Below the pieces are notes generated by a model, which was not told the origin of the DNA, ran no database searches, and saw only the letters and a program-made list of their open reading frames with translations. The position numbers and the translations under genes are program-made. From Eledone cirrhosa (taxonomy: Eukaryota): a stretch of DNA of 64,000 nucleotides. Positions within the stretch are counted from its first letter, which is position 1; each line of letters starts with the position of its first letter. The stretch is from assembly GCA_964016885.1 (NCBI GenBank), contig OZ024751.1, forward strand, positions 29,326,001 to 29,390,000, read 5' to 3'. Below are positions 41,730-54,844 of the stretch, one piece after another.

Positions 41730-42365
41730 ATATAATTAATCTGATATTATTACAGTTATCTCTTCATTAACATTCTAAAAAATATGTTCTTTATTTTACT
41801 GGTTTCTGTCATGATACTCTGGTCGTTCTGGGGCAATGTCTTTGAGCGATTCAGAGATTCAGTCAATCACCAGCCCCTCTACATGTACTCCCCAGGATGT
41901 CTTACAGCCAGTTGCCTTTCCTAATTCCAAACCTGTTTGTCGCCTAGTACAACACACAGTGATACAGAGTACCTGTTCTAAAAACCATGATATACACAAG
42001 ATAAAAGTGGTAAAAAACCGTTTAAGAGTAGTAGGAAGAGTAAATTGAATTTTTATGTTGTTTCGCTTGAGTTAAGATTCTTTGATAAACCCTTGTAATA
42101 AAACTATTTTTATTTTCTATTACCATAATATCTATTTTCTTAAAGAAAAAAAGTTGAATAAGTATATAAATATAGATCAGTGTCTTGATATTAAAACCCC
42201 TTATATTTATTTATAGGTATATAGTGTAAATGATATTTCATACACTTAACATGTATGTGCAACCATTGGTTTTGGTGTCCAGTTATGGCTACCACCGTGT
42301 ATTGGAGGATGTTGCAATAGATTGAGCATTGTTTTCCTTGATCTTTCATCTACAGACATCTTGCA

Positions 42366-42398
<33 letters not shown>

Positions 42399-42430
42399 TT
42401 AATTACATAATAAACAACACAATATAATGA

Positions 42431-42491
42431 TTCCATTACCAAAGGTTTCAGGACACTAAACAGAAACGTCCAGCTTGTTCATCAGATGAAA
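42431..42491 (-). ncRNA. type I hammerhead ribozyme with irregular stem II
   Basis: Minus strand tttcat-CTGATGA-acaagct ggac...gtcc t-GAAA-cc ttt g-GTA-atggaa. Stem I 6 bp, stem III acc/ggt. Confidence 0.65.
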
Positions 42492-42920
42492 TAGTTATGT
42501 TTTGGATATAAGATTTGAAATTAATATCTATTAAAAATGAAAGTGAGGCTGAGTTAAAATAACATCTTATAATGGAAAAATATATATATACATGTACACA
42601 CACATAAAAATACATGCCCGCATCTATACGTACATATATATATATTAATTAGTGTTCCAACATAAACCCTTTATATTTCTATGTGTTTCTGTGTATATTA
42701 ATTAATAAAACCGACATTAATACTTCAATACAGCCAATACAGGGCTTATAAAACAGACTCCAATAAAGTGACTCCAGCATAAAAGAGTCCTATGGGGGCA
42801 GGCCAACCCCTTCTTATCCTTCCTAGCTATACTACTATAGATACAGTTGTTATTTTAACTTAATTTTGCCGAGTTAGTTATTGAACATACTTGTAAGAAC
42901 ATTTACATAAGTAAACAAAC

Positions 42921-43127
42921 CTTGTTGCTCTCTGTGATGGCTTTACAGATTTCTTGTACAAGTTGATACACTCCACTGATACAGTATATTAAGTATGTGA
43001 AGATTTGTGCACACAAATGCAATAAGCTATGCAGATAACACTGACAAAATGTTGCACAAAGAACAAGTTGAACTGATAAAGCCTTGCATATATGAATACG
43101 TATTTGGAATAAGCTACATTGCGGAGT
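42921..43127 (-). CDS. weak candidate exon (207 nt; alternative acceptor gives 42921-42975)
   Basis: gttttAG acceptor, 69 open codons ending GVYQLVQEICKAITESNK, donor AAG|GTTTGT. Composition of the first part is unconvincing. Confidence 0.2.
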
Positions 43128-44154
43128 CTAAAACATACAATGAAGCAAGCTGATGATGAAAGCGTCAACTGCACACTATAGGCGGCTATACAAACAAAGT
43201 CATGTGCATACATGCAATCACACAATGAATTGTGTATCTTCTGTATATATCATCAGATTTTCAGACAGTGTTATCAAATGAAAGGACACACACATACAGA
43301 CAGACAAAAGGAACTGCACAAATAATGTCCATAATAAAGAAATGCACACAAACGCTCACACACTTTTCAACATGGCCAGACCTTAAAACCTTATAAATCT
43401 ACATAGATAATAAAAACAAAGAACATGGGTGCATGCTGATAAATAGTCAATGTATTATAGAGAGGCGGTAGGGGAGGGGAGAAAAAACAACAAAACAAAA
43501 TAAAACAAAACAACATAAAAATGAATGTATATGTCTGTGTGTTGGATATATTGGATGTGTGTATGTGTAAGTAGAGAGTTGTAGAAACACACCTAAACCC
43601 ATCCCTACCACCATCTTCAGATGTACAGTTGAAATATCTGTAACACACACACACATACTGATCTGTGTAGTTTTAGTTTTACTCTCTCAGAGCTCTCCCT
43701 CTCCCAATAAACACACACACTCACTCACACACACTCACTCACACTATCACTAACACACACAGCCACACACACACACTCACTCACACTATCACTAACACAC
43801 ACACACACACACCAATCTGTATAGATGTCTATATTCTCTCTGTGTTTCTCAATACAAAACTACACACACAACAGACACACAGAGAAACACACACACACAG
43901 ACGTTCACATGCACACACTCACACACACACACTCATATGTACACATACACATACACATATACACAGAACCACAGCAGACACAGGGAGAGAAACACACAGA
44001 TGCTCACATACACACTCACACCCACATACACACAAAAATATAAACACATATACACACGGACACACTAACGCACAGAAATACAAACACACATGTACACACA
44101 AACCCACACACGAGAAGATAGATAAAATATAGTACTAAAAGCATACTTCTACCA

Positions 44155-45207
44155 CCCATCTATCCATCAATCCAACTATCAGTCTATCTAACCATCTAAC
44201 CAAGGACCCAACTAACCGTCCAACCAACCATCCAACCATTTATTTATCCATCCAGCCAACCACCCATCTTTATTTATCCAGCCAACCAACCAACCATCCA
44301 GCTATCTAACCATCTATCTCTTCATCCATCCAGCCAATCATCTACCTATTTATCCAACCATCCAACTAACCAACCATCCAACCATTTATTTATCCAGCCA
44401 TCCAACCAACCAAACAACCATCCAAGCATCCAACCAACCATCTATTTATCCAACCAACCAATCAACCATCTATCCAAACAAACATCCCTCCATCTAACCA
44501 TCCAATCATCCATCCCTCTCCAACCATCCAACCAACCAGCCATCCATCTATTTATCCAGTCAACCTACCAACCAATCAACCGTCCCTCCAACAATCCAAC
44601 CAACCAACCAACCCTCCATCCAACCATTCATGAAACCATCCCTCCATCCATCCACCCAACCATCTATTTATCCAACCTTCGAAACATCCATTTATCCAGC
44701 CAGCCAGTCATCCAACCATCCAACAATCCAAGTATCCATTCTGTCAACCAACCATCCAACCAACCATCCAACCATCTATTTATCTGACCATCCAACCATC
44801 CATCTATACAACCAACCATCCAACGAACCATCTATTTATCTGACCATCCAACCATCCATCCAACCAGCCATCCATCCAACCAACCATCCATCAAACCAAC
44901 CAACCATCTAACCAACCAACCAACCATCCATCCATCCATCCATCCAACCAACCATCCATCAAACCAACCAACCATCCAACCATCCAACCATCCATCAAAC
45001 CAACCAACCATCCAACCATCTAACCAACCAACCAACCATCCATCCATCCATCCATCCATCCAACCATCCATCAAACCAACCAACCATCCAACCATCTAAC
45101 CAACCATCCATCCATCCATCCATCCAACCATCCATCAAACCAACCATCCAACCAACCAACCAACCAACCAACCAACCAACCATCCAACCAACCAACCATC
45201 CAACCAT
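44155..45207. repeat. (CCAT/CCAA)n degenerate tetranucleotide tract of about 1 kb
   Basis: Direct inspection; purer towards the 3' end. Confidence 0.95.
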
Positions 45208-45664
45208 TCCTCTATACAGAGTAAGTCCATAAAGATAAAGCTATATGTTCTTATCCAAAATTCTGCTATCTGATTCTCTCTTCTTATTTTCTTTTTACAC
45301 TAATATGAAAGGTTATCAAAGCTTTACTGTCTGCTGTGACCCTTCAACTCTCACCACTACAGATAACACCACAGTTCTGGCAATATCTACACAAACTTCA
45401 CTACTGTTGATAAAACACTATTGTTGTGGCTAATAGTGGTTGTGGTAGTAGTGGTGGTGGTGGTGGTGGTGGTAAGAATGGTGAGGGTAGTGGTGGTGGT
45501 GGTAGTGAGGGTGGTAAGGGTGGTGGTGGTAGCGGGGAGGCTGGGGAGGTAGTGGTAGTGGAGGTGGTGGTAGTAAGGGTGGTAAGAGCTGTTGTTGTTA
45601 TATAATGGTTCACAACTTTTCCTTCATTTCAGTGAAGACCAACCCAGCAGTTTAGTTTGAGACA

Positions 45665-46031
45665 GCGAGAGAGAGCAATAGCTAACTTGGGAGAGAGAGA
45701 GAGCAATAGCTAACTTGAGATAGAGAGATGTGGGAGAGAGAGAGAGCAATAGCTAACTTGAGATAGAGAGATGTGGGAGAGAGAGAGAGCAATAGCTAAC
45801 TTGAGATAGAGAGATGTGGGAGAGAGAGCAATAGCTAACTTGAGATAGAGAGATGTGGGAGAGAGAGAGCAATGGCTAACTTGATATAGAGAGATGTGGG
45901 AGAGAGAGAGAGAGAGCAATAGCTAGCTTGAGATAGAGAGATGTGGGAGAGAGAGAGAGCAATAGTTAGCTTGAGATAGAGAGATGTGGGAGAGAGAGAG
46001 CAATAGCTAGCTTGAGATAGAGAGATGTGGA
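45665..46031. repeat. minisatellite of about 40-46 bp, about 9 copies
   Basis: gcaatagctaRcttgagatagagagatgtgg(ga)n. Confidence 0.95.
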
Positions 46032-46103
46032 TATTTTTATCTAAAGACATTTTTTCCAATTCCAACCTGCCCGTCCCCTCAATCTATCTTATTTCTCATT
46101 CTT

Positions 46104-46139
46104 TCTTCTGATGAAGGACTAGCGTCCGAAATGTTAAGA
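46104..46139 (+). ncRNA. minimal hammerhead ribozyme in a Penelope-like terminal fragment (about 46035-46225)
   Basis: tctt-CTGATGA-a-ggac tagc gtcc-GAAA-t-GTT-aaga. Perfect stems I and II; stem III is the AA(C>T)GTT palindrome typical of dimeric minimal hammerheads. Confidence 0.8.
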
Positions 46140-46249
46140 CCCTCTTCCTGTTATATCAAGCGTTAACCTAATATATACCTTCCATATACTGTACCTATTG
46201 TGTTGTTATTTCTGTTTACCTTTTACATACATAAATGAGTGAGTGAGAG

Positions 46250-47019
46250 ATAGAGAGAGAGAGCAATGGTTAGTTTGTGGTTGAGAGATATGGGATAGAG
46301 AGAGAGGGAGAGTAACACTGGTTAGTTTGAGGTTGAGAGATATGGGGGAGAGAGAGAGAGAGGGGGGGGGAGAGCAATGGTTAGTTTGAGGTTGGGAGAG
46401 AGAGAGAGAGAGAAAGCAATGGTTAGTTTGAGGTTGGGAGAGAGAGAGAGAGAGAGAGAAAGCAATGGTTAGTTTGAGGTTGAGAGATATGAGGGAGAGG
46501 GAGGGAGAGAGCAATGGTTAGTTTGAGGTTGGGAGATATAAGGGAGAGAGGGGGAGAGAGAGAAGCAATGGTTAGTTTGAGGTTGGGAGATATAAGGGGG
46601 AGAGAGGGGGAGAGAGAGAACCAATGGTTAGTTTGAGGTTGGGAGATATAAGGGAGAGAGGGGGAGAGAGAGAGCAATGGTTAGTTTGAGGTTGGGAGAT
46701 ATAAGGGGGAGAGAGGGGGAGAGAGAGAACCAATGGTTAGTTTGAGGTTGGGAGATATAAGGGAGAGAGGGGGAGAGAGAGAGCAATGGTTAGTTTGAGG
46801 TTGGGAGATATAAGGGGGAGAGAGGGGGAGAGAGAGAACCAATGGTTAGTTTGAGGTTGGGAGATATAAGGGAGAGAGGGGGAGAGAGAGAGCAATGGTT
46901 AGTTTGAGGTTGGGAGATATAAGGGAGAGAGGGGGAGAGAGAGAAGCAATGGTTAGTTTGAGGTTGGGAGATATAAGGGAGAGAGGGGGAGAGAGAGAAG
47001 CAATGGTTAGTTTGAGGTT

Positions 47020-47063
<44 letters not shown>

Positions 47064-47073
47064 CAATGGTTAG
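46250..47073. repeat. minisatellite of about 53 bp, about 16 copies
   Basis: caatggttagtttgaggttgggagatataaggg(ga)n. Confidence 0.95.
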
Positions 47074-47164
47074 CTGTGTTTTTAATGAATGGTTTAGAAA
47101 ATTCAATTATACATTTAGTTATAATATTATTTCATAGTTGATAAGGCTGGCTACATACATATAT

Positions 47165-47838
47165 ACATACTACATTGTACATACATATATATACATACAT
47201 ATATATACTACATTGTACATACATATATATACATACTACATTGTACATACATATATATACATACATATATATACTACATTGTACATGCATATATATACAT
47301 ACATATATATATATACATACATATATATACTACATTGTACATACATATATATATATACATATATATATATACATACATATATATACTACATTGTACATAC
47401 ATATATATACATACTACATTGTACATACATATATATACATACATATATATACTACATTGTACATACATATATATACTACATTGTACATACATATATATAT
47501 ACATACATACTACATTGTACATACATATATATATACATACATACTACATTGTACTTACATATATATACATACATACATACTACATTGTACATACATATAT
47601 ATACATACGTATATATACATACATATATACATACAACATTGTACATACATATATATACATACATATATATACATATATACATACTACATTGTACATACAT
47701 ATATACATACTACATTGTACATACATATACATACGTATATATACATACATATACATACTACATTGTACATACATATATATACATATATACATACTACATT
47801 GTACATACATATATATATACATACGTATATATACATAC

Positions 47839-47873
<35 letters not shown>

Positions 47874-47892
47874 CATACTAGATTGTACATAC
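47165..47892. repeat. CTACATTGTAC motif array with variable (TA/TACA)n spacers
   Basis: About 20 copies of tactacattgtacatac. Confidence 0.92.
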
Positions 47893-48180
47893 ATCATCAT
47901 CATCATCATCGTTTAATGTCCATCTTCCACGCTTGCATGGGTTTGGACGGGAGGTTTCCCACTTGAGGCAAGATTGGTTGTCTTGCTCGTATAGGACTGT
48001 CTGGCGGGTTTTCTACGGCTGGGTACCCTTCCCAACACCAACCATGTTTACAGTGTGGGGCTGGGAGGTTTTTACCGTGTTACCTGCACGGCCACATTAC
48101 AGCGTGGACTGTGTGGTTTTTTTGTCGTGATAGCTACACGACCTTATTTGTTTCGGACTGGATGTTGTGGTACCAACATA
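47893..48180 (-). mobile_element. RTE family 1 3'UTR and tail
   Basis: Reverse complement of 7424-7727. Confidence 0.9.
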
Positions 48181-48551
48181 ATATACATATACATATATTC
48201 ATATATACATACATATATATACATACATGCATATACATATATCATACATACATATATACATACATGCATATATGTACATACATACGTATATACACATACA
48301 TATATCATACATACATATATACATACATATATACATACATATATACATACATTCATACATACATCCATATATACATGCATTACATACATATAAACATACA
48401 TACTTCATACATACATGCATTTACATACATACATACATATATACTGAATATACATATATATATACATACATATACATACATTCATACATACATACATTTA
48501 CATACATACATATATACATGAATATATATACATACATATATATATATATAT

Positions 48552-48735
48552 GGTGGCTGCCAACTCGTTTTCGAGTACGGCCATTACTTTATATCCATGT
48601 AGGAGAACCCCTACCGATTCGCTGAACGAGTGTGACTTTTTAGTCCAGCCAGCGACTTGAAAACTCTGGTACAAACACTACACTTGCGACAATTATTGAC
48701 ACATAGTGCTGGGCCCATGGTACCATGTGACGACA
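48552..48735 (-). mobile_element. LINE 3' end with a C-terminal zinc-finger-like remnant (RTE-like family 3)
   Basis: CSVCTRVFKSLAGLKSHTRS then a stop, short 3'UTR, hairpin tail actcgaaaacgagt and (TA)n. The last His of CCHH is missing. Confidence 0.6.
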
Positions 48736-49140
48736 CGTATACATGTATATACATACATATATACATACACACACATGCATACATACACACACATGCATAC
48801 ATACAGTTAAAATCTATCCTCATGTCTTTTGGTTATCATGATAGTATTTAGAACTGATATTACTCTTCCAGCATAACTAGTAGTAGCTGCAGTAGTATTA
48901 GAATTATCATTAGTAGTAGAAGTAGCAGTAGCAGTAGTAATGGGCCTTCTGTGAAGATGGTGGTTTATTTATTTATTTTTTTTTTGTTGGTTTGTTTTCA
49001 TTCTTGTTTACAGAGAAAATATATTTATATCATAAATATATTTTCTTTGACAACAAAAAAAGAAAAAATTCAAAAAATTGCCAGCTTCACAGAACTATGT
49101 TTATTTACTATGATACAAACATCCCATTAGCAATATGTGC

Positions 49141-49231
49141 AATGGTAGGTTGAAAAGTTCTGAGGCTGACCAAGATACTCTCATGGAATGACCCAATAAG
49201 GTTTATCTTTTAACATAGTCTCTGGAAAGAA
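49141..49231 (+). mobile_element. left half of a mariner-like MITE
   Basis: Homologous to 49405-49497. Confidence 0.8.
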
Positions 49232-49387
49232 ATGTGGTAAGGAACCAGGTGGACCATAACACACCAGGGTACTCGATACTTTGCGTAGTAGAGTGGGTAA
49301 TAGGAAAAGAGTCAGGACCCCGACGGCTGAGCTATAGCTGTCGAAACAGCCGGAGCTCAGCTGTTGGGGTCCTGACTCTTTTCCTAT
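49229..49387 (-). mobile_element. family C, copy 3
   Basis: Reverse tail, then hairpin 49300-49387: ataggaaaagagtcaggacccc / ggggtcctgactcttttcctat. Confidence 0.85.
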
Positions 49388-49404
49388 ATATATATATATA
49401 TATA

Positions 49405-49602
49405 TGAGGGTTGGTTGAAAAGTTCATAGGGCTTACTAAGATTCTCTCATGGAATGACCAAATGAGGTTTATTTTTAACATAGTCTCTGGAAAGAAACAA
49501 TGCAGTTATTAATAAGAAGAGTTGAAATTAATGCCTGCAAGATTTCACAGCTCTATCAGCGCTCCTTCATAGTCAGCCTATGAACTTTTCAGCTGACCCT
49601 CG
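49405..49602. mobile_element. mariner-like MITE
   Basis: TIRs tgagggttggttgaaaagttcatagg / cctatgaacttttcagctgaccctcg; TA on the left. Confidence 0.85.
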
Positions 49603-49963
49603 TGCATATTGTAAATATATGTTGTTGCTTTTTTCTTTGTATTGTTAATGGAGTAGTTGTATAAACATCGTTGGGTACAGTGTTGCCAGATTGTTAAGAA
49701 ACTTGCTTCACAATCATAAGGTCCAGTGTCCAAATTTGAGTCCTCTGGAAGACATCTTGGACAAATGTTATTTACTATAGTCTTCAGGTTGAGTCAAGCC
49801 TTGTGAGTGAAATTTGGAAGACAGAAACTGTTTGGAAGTCTACCAGATGGACTGTACTTGTAATTCAAAGGGATAACCTTGTCACACACTGTGTCAGGCT
49901 GTATCTCTCTCAGCACTATGTTAGGGGTACATATGTCTTTAGAATACTCAGCCAAGGTGAGAC

Positions 49964-50120
49964 ATCCATCATGCTGTCACCTGGGAGCTGTCTCTTTCAG
50001 TGGATCTCTCATGCCACATTCCAGGGTTACCTGTCATCCATGCCGCCACCTAGGGGGTTGTCTCTTTCAGTGGAACCCTCATGCCATCCTCCAGAGTTTC
50101 TCATCCTCCATGCTGTCAAC
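49964..50120. repeat. 70-bp tandem repeat, about 2.2 copies
   Basis: tctctttcagtgga at 49991 and 50061 with similar flanks. Confidence 0.85.
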
Positions 50121-50231
50121 TGAGACACTGCTATTACTACCAGCACCACAACACTACTATTACTACAATAACTACTACTACTACTACTATTACTACTACT
50201 ACTACGACTACTACTACGACCAATACTGCTG

Positions 50232-50276
<45 letters not shown>

Positions 50277-50704
50277 TTTACCTATCTATAGAAATAATAC
50301 TATGATGACATGGAATGAAATACAAAAAAATATATGAAATCAAATAAAATAAATAATAAAAAACAAAATTGTATTTACCGAAAAGTTCAGCTGAAATTGT
50401 ATTTATAATAATATTTGTTATATTACATATAGTGTCTGTTGATAACTGATAAAGTTTAGTATTTCTAGTGGCTTATCAGTCTCTAGTATGTGTGTTAATC
50501 TCACTAAATGTCAGATTTTAGCAGTACATAATCTATAGTATATTACGATGGTGATGTTGTGGTTGTTTGTATTGCTGTTTGTGTTATTTGTATTGTTGTT
50601 TTTATGATGCTGTTGCTGTTAGTGGTGGTGATGTTGCTTTTTTTTAAATGTAGAATATAGGATATCTCTATTATTATATTATTATGTTCATTATATATAT
50701 ATAT

Positions 50705-51049
50705 GGAGGCACATTGCTTAGTGGTTAGAGCACCGGGCTTGCAATCGAAAGGTTGTGAGTTCAATTCTCAGACCGGGTGATGTGTTGTTTCCTTGAGCAA
50801 GACACTTTATTTCACATTGCTCCAGTTTACTCAGCTGTAGAAATGAGATGATAGGGACTGGGGTCCCTATCATTCCACTGCAAAGTGGTCGTGGAGGTGC
50901 CACGGCAAAAAAGCACCCAGCCCACATTGTAAATGAGGTTGGTGTTAGGAAGGGCATCCAGCTGTAGAAATCAAGCCAGAATCAGTTCCTGTCCCACCTT
51001 TGCAAGCAGGGAAAAGCGGACGTAAAATGATGTTGATGATGATGATGAT
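50705..51049 (+). mobile_element. chimeric CORE-type SINE, body type 3
   Basis: Colinear with 41369-41729; one fewer 48-bp-type unit and an extra linker atagggactggggtccctat. Confidence 0.9.
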
Positions 51050-51645
51050 ATATATATATATATATATACATGTATATGTATATAAGTATATATATATACA
51101 TGTATATGTGTATATACATGTATATGTATATATATATGTATATGTATATATATAAGTATATATATACATGTATATGTATATATACATGTATATTTATACA
51201 TGTATATGTATATATGTATATATATATATATGTGTGTATATATATATATATATAAGTTTATATATATATACATGTATATGTATATATATATATATGTATA
51301 TATGTATATATAAGTATGTATACGTACCTACATATATGTATACAGACGTACAGTAGTATGTATATACATACATGCACACATATATATATGTACGTATGGG
51401 TTTACCAAACATTTATTATATATGTATATGTATATATATATACGTGTGTGTAATATATATATATATATATAAAGTATATATATATATATATACATGTATA
51501 TGTATATATACATGTATATGTATATATGTATATATACATGTATATGTATATATGTATGTATATATGTATATGTATATATATATGTATATGTGTATATATA
51601 TAATATATATGTATATGTATATATGTATGTATATATGTATTTGTA

Positions 51646-51676
<31 letters not shown>

Positions 51677-51677
<1 letters not shown>

Positions 51678-52312
51678 CATCATCATCATCACCGTTTTAC
51701 GTCCGTTCTTCCACGCTAGCATGGGTTAGATGGGTTGTCCTGTTGTCGGCAGTGTCCGGTCGGCTGACCTTGTCTTGCTCATACGGGAACTGATTCTGGC
51801 TTGATTTCTGCAGCTGGATGCCCTTCCTAACACCAACCTCATTTACAGTGCTTTTTTTCCGAGGCGCCTACATGTCCACGTTACAGTGTGGGCTGGGTGC
51901 CCGTTTGGCATGGCACCTCCACGACCACTTTGCAGTGGGAGGGTGTGGGGCCATATTGTCTCTAAGCTGCAGCTTCGGCTTGTACCCGTGGGAGGTTGGG
52001 TCTTCTGTATTACTGCGTGATGCCAGAGGTCACGGTTGTGTGTCATCGCCTTTGAGAGGTGTAATTGGGGTAAGGTCGGCTTTTATCACCTCATCCCAGG
52101 TCTTCTTGGGTCTCCCCACTCCGTGGTTTCCATCGACTTCTAGTGCTCTGCACCTTTTTATGCAGCTGTCATCTTTCATACGCATCACATGTCCATACCA
52201 ACGCAACTGCCTCCTGCACACAGCATTTGATTCCTCTTATGCTCAGTCTCTCTCTCAATTCATTTATGCTTTGCCGTTCGCGTATATTACTATTACACAT
52301 CCATCGGAGCAT
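51677..52312 (-). mobile_element. RTE family 1 (subfamily b) LINE 3' end
   Basis: [48 protein letters not shown], then 3'UTR and (GAT)n tail. Confidence 0.92.
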
Positions 52313-52419
52313 GCATATATAATATAGATATTAATTATATATTTATATATATAATATGTATGTAGACTTAGCACTTTCCTGTAAACAACTGCTATTATGC
52401 CTCATATCATGTTACCTTA

Positions 52420-52485
52420 TTTTATCTGATGAGAACACAATATTTGTCCCAGGATGATTTTGTATTCGAAATGCGCATAATAAAA
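52420..52485 (+). ncRNA. type I hammerhead ribozyme in a Penelope-like terminal fragment (about 52365-52530)
   Basis: ttttat-CTGATGA-gaacacaa...ttgtattc-GAAA-tgcgc-ATA-ataaaa. 6-bp stem I; palindromic stem III atgcgcat. Confidence 0.78.
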
Positions 52486-52528
52486 TATATGGAACTTTCT
52501 TTTAACCATCTTTTAATTTCTTCTTTAT

Positions 52529-52559
<31 letters not shown>

Positions 52560-53520
52560 AGAAATGATAACACAAACACTGATGCAAAAACACAAAGTCT
52601 TATTAGTATCATGTTTATGAGGAAGTAGGGAGTGTTCCTCCAACAAGAGTGAGAAAGCCTTGGATTGGATTGAAAAGGAAATAAACAAAAATTCAAGAAA
52701 ATAGTTGAAACTTTATAAAACGAATGAAATGGTTTAAAAAATCATTATATAATGGAATTGTGAAACAAAAACTTAAACATTTCAGACATTGAAATATTAA
52801 AACTCGGGGAAAATACTTTTGACTGGTGGGAATTTCCAATAGTGTGCTGGACTAGAGCAATGTGAAATGTCTTATTTTTTTTTCTTTGGCCCCAATACTC
52901 AAATTCATGGCTTCATTGTCATGTGACAAACATGTTAACCACTAAGCCACATGTCTTCTTCTGCACAGTTTAGTAGCAGCCAGACAACAGCCAATGAAAA
53001 AGAAAGATAAACATTTACTGGGAGAGAGAGAGAGAGAGAGAAGGAGGGATAAAAACGATGAAAAGAAGGATACAAAGAGCTCCGGAGATAGGAGAGAGAT
53101 CAAGAGTGAGAGGAAGAGAAGGAGATCAAGAGATTGGGAGATCAAGCGGGTGAGAGGGAGATTAAGTCAGTGAGAGGGAAAGAAATAGATCAAGAGAGTA
53201 ACAATGAGAGAGGTGGGGACAGTTTGGTTGAGTCAGTCTCAGATAACTACTGAAATTTTAATTTCTTTCTAGCATTTAGTGTCAGTTTTTTTAAGAGGAG
53301 ACACAATGTTTTTATGGCAGCTGTATCTAGTTATTAACTCCGAATTTAGTAGCCAACATATGATTTCTAAGTGATTGTAGATTTTGGTGAGAGAGAGAGA
53401 GAGTAAAAGAGAGTGAGTGAGAAAGAGAGAGGGGGGAAAGAGACATAGAGAGAGTATGTGTGAGAGAGAGAGTGATAGATATAGAAAGGGAGAGATAAAG
53501 AAAGAGATGATGAGAGAGAG

Positions 53521-53565
<45 letters not shown>

Positions 53566-53894
53566 GAGATAGATTAAGAGAGAGAGAATGAGAAAGAGGG
53601 AGGGGAAAAAGAGACATAGAGAGAGAGTATGTTTGAGAGAAAGGGAATGAGAGAGAGTGGTAGAGAGAGATAGAGAGAAAGGAAAAGATAAAGAAAGAGA
53701 CGGAGAGAGAGAGTCATTAAATTTTATTAAAGCTAAAAAATAAAGTAAAAATAAAATCAAGTCAAAGTAGGCTATTATATTTCTAGAGCTACATTATAGT
53801 TGTTGGTACTGTTGTTAATGAATAGTTGTTATAGGATTGTTATTGCGATAGTATATAATGAAATTGTCATAGGGGTTGGATATGATGGACTATG

Positions 53895-54133
53895 TACTAA
53901 TACTACTACTGGTGCTACTACTATCATTTCTACTACTAGTATTGCTACTACTACTACTGGTACTACTATTACTATTACTACTGCTATTACTACTACTATT
54001 ACTACTGCTATTACTACTAATGTTAATACTATTACTACTACTGCTGTTGCTACTATTATTATTATTATTACTGCTGTTAATACTATCATTACTACTGCTA
54101 CTACTACTGCTGTTAATACTATCATTACTACTG

Positions 54134-54169
<36 letters not shown>

Positions 54170-54170
54170 A
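53895..54170. repeat. (ACT/ATT)n tract
   Basis: Direct inspection. Confidence 0.92.
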
Positions 54171-54284
54171 TACATTCGCTGTCAACTAAATTTTTCTGAT
54201 TTTAATTGCATGTAATTCTTGTTGTAAAATTACTCTTTTTTTTTTTTTTTTGCTAGTTACTATTTTCTCACTGTTTAGCAAAGT

Positions 54285-54407
54285 ATATATAGCTACATCA
54301 GTCAATTATATAGCTATATATAGCTACATCAGTCAATTATATAGCTATATATACTATATCAGTCAATTATATAGCTATATATAGCTATATATACTATATC
54401 AGTCAAT
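54285..54407. repeat. tandem repeat of about 30 bp, 4 copies
   Basis: atcagtcaatt recurs four times with tatagctata linkers. Confidence 0.9.
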
Positions 54408-54486
54408 TTATTTATTTACTTATTTTCTATGTGGATGTATATGTGTGTGTGTGTGTATGTCTTGATGTGAGTGCGTATACGTGGCT

Positions 54487-54522
<36 letters not shown>

Positions 54523-54523
<1 letters not shown>

Positions 54524-54693
54524 ACGAAGGAAATGTGATAAGGAACCAGGTGGACCATAACGCACCAAAGTACTCAATACTTGGGGTAGTAGAGTGGGTA
54601 ATAGGAACCAGTAAGACCCCGACGGCTGAGCTCAAGCTGAATTAGCCGTCGAAACGGCTTGAGCTCAGCCGTCGGGGTCTTACTGGTTCCTAT
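54523..54693 (-). mobile_element. family C, copy 4
   Basis: Reverse tail, then hairpin 54601-54693 with perfect outer arms ataggaaccagtaagaccccgacggctgagctcaagc / gcttgagctcagccgtcggggtcttactggttcctat; (TA)n on both sides. Confidence 0.88.
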
Positions 54694-54844
54694 ATATATA
54701 TATATATATATGTTGAGACACATAAAGGTTTTAGTTTTCATTAAGGTCACATTATGTACAACACATATTTTATGATAATTTCTCTGCTAGAGCAAGGATT
54801 GGTCTTGGAAGACTCATGACAACTTTTAGACACATCATCGGGAT

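Noticed and set aside
43590-43635. CTGAAGA on the minus strand as a further hammerhead
   Set aside because: No downstream GAAA or closing stems found.
47165-47892. CRISPR-like repeat-spacer appearance
   Set aside because: Repeat is only about 11-17 bp, spacers are microsatellite, there are no cas genes and the context is eukaryotic.
48611-48700. Host C2H2 zinc-finger gene
   Set aside because: A single incomplete finger followed by a stop, hairpin tail and (TA)n fits a LINE C-terminus better.
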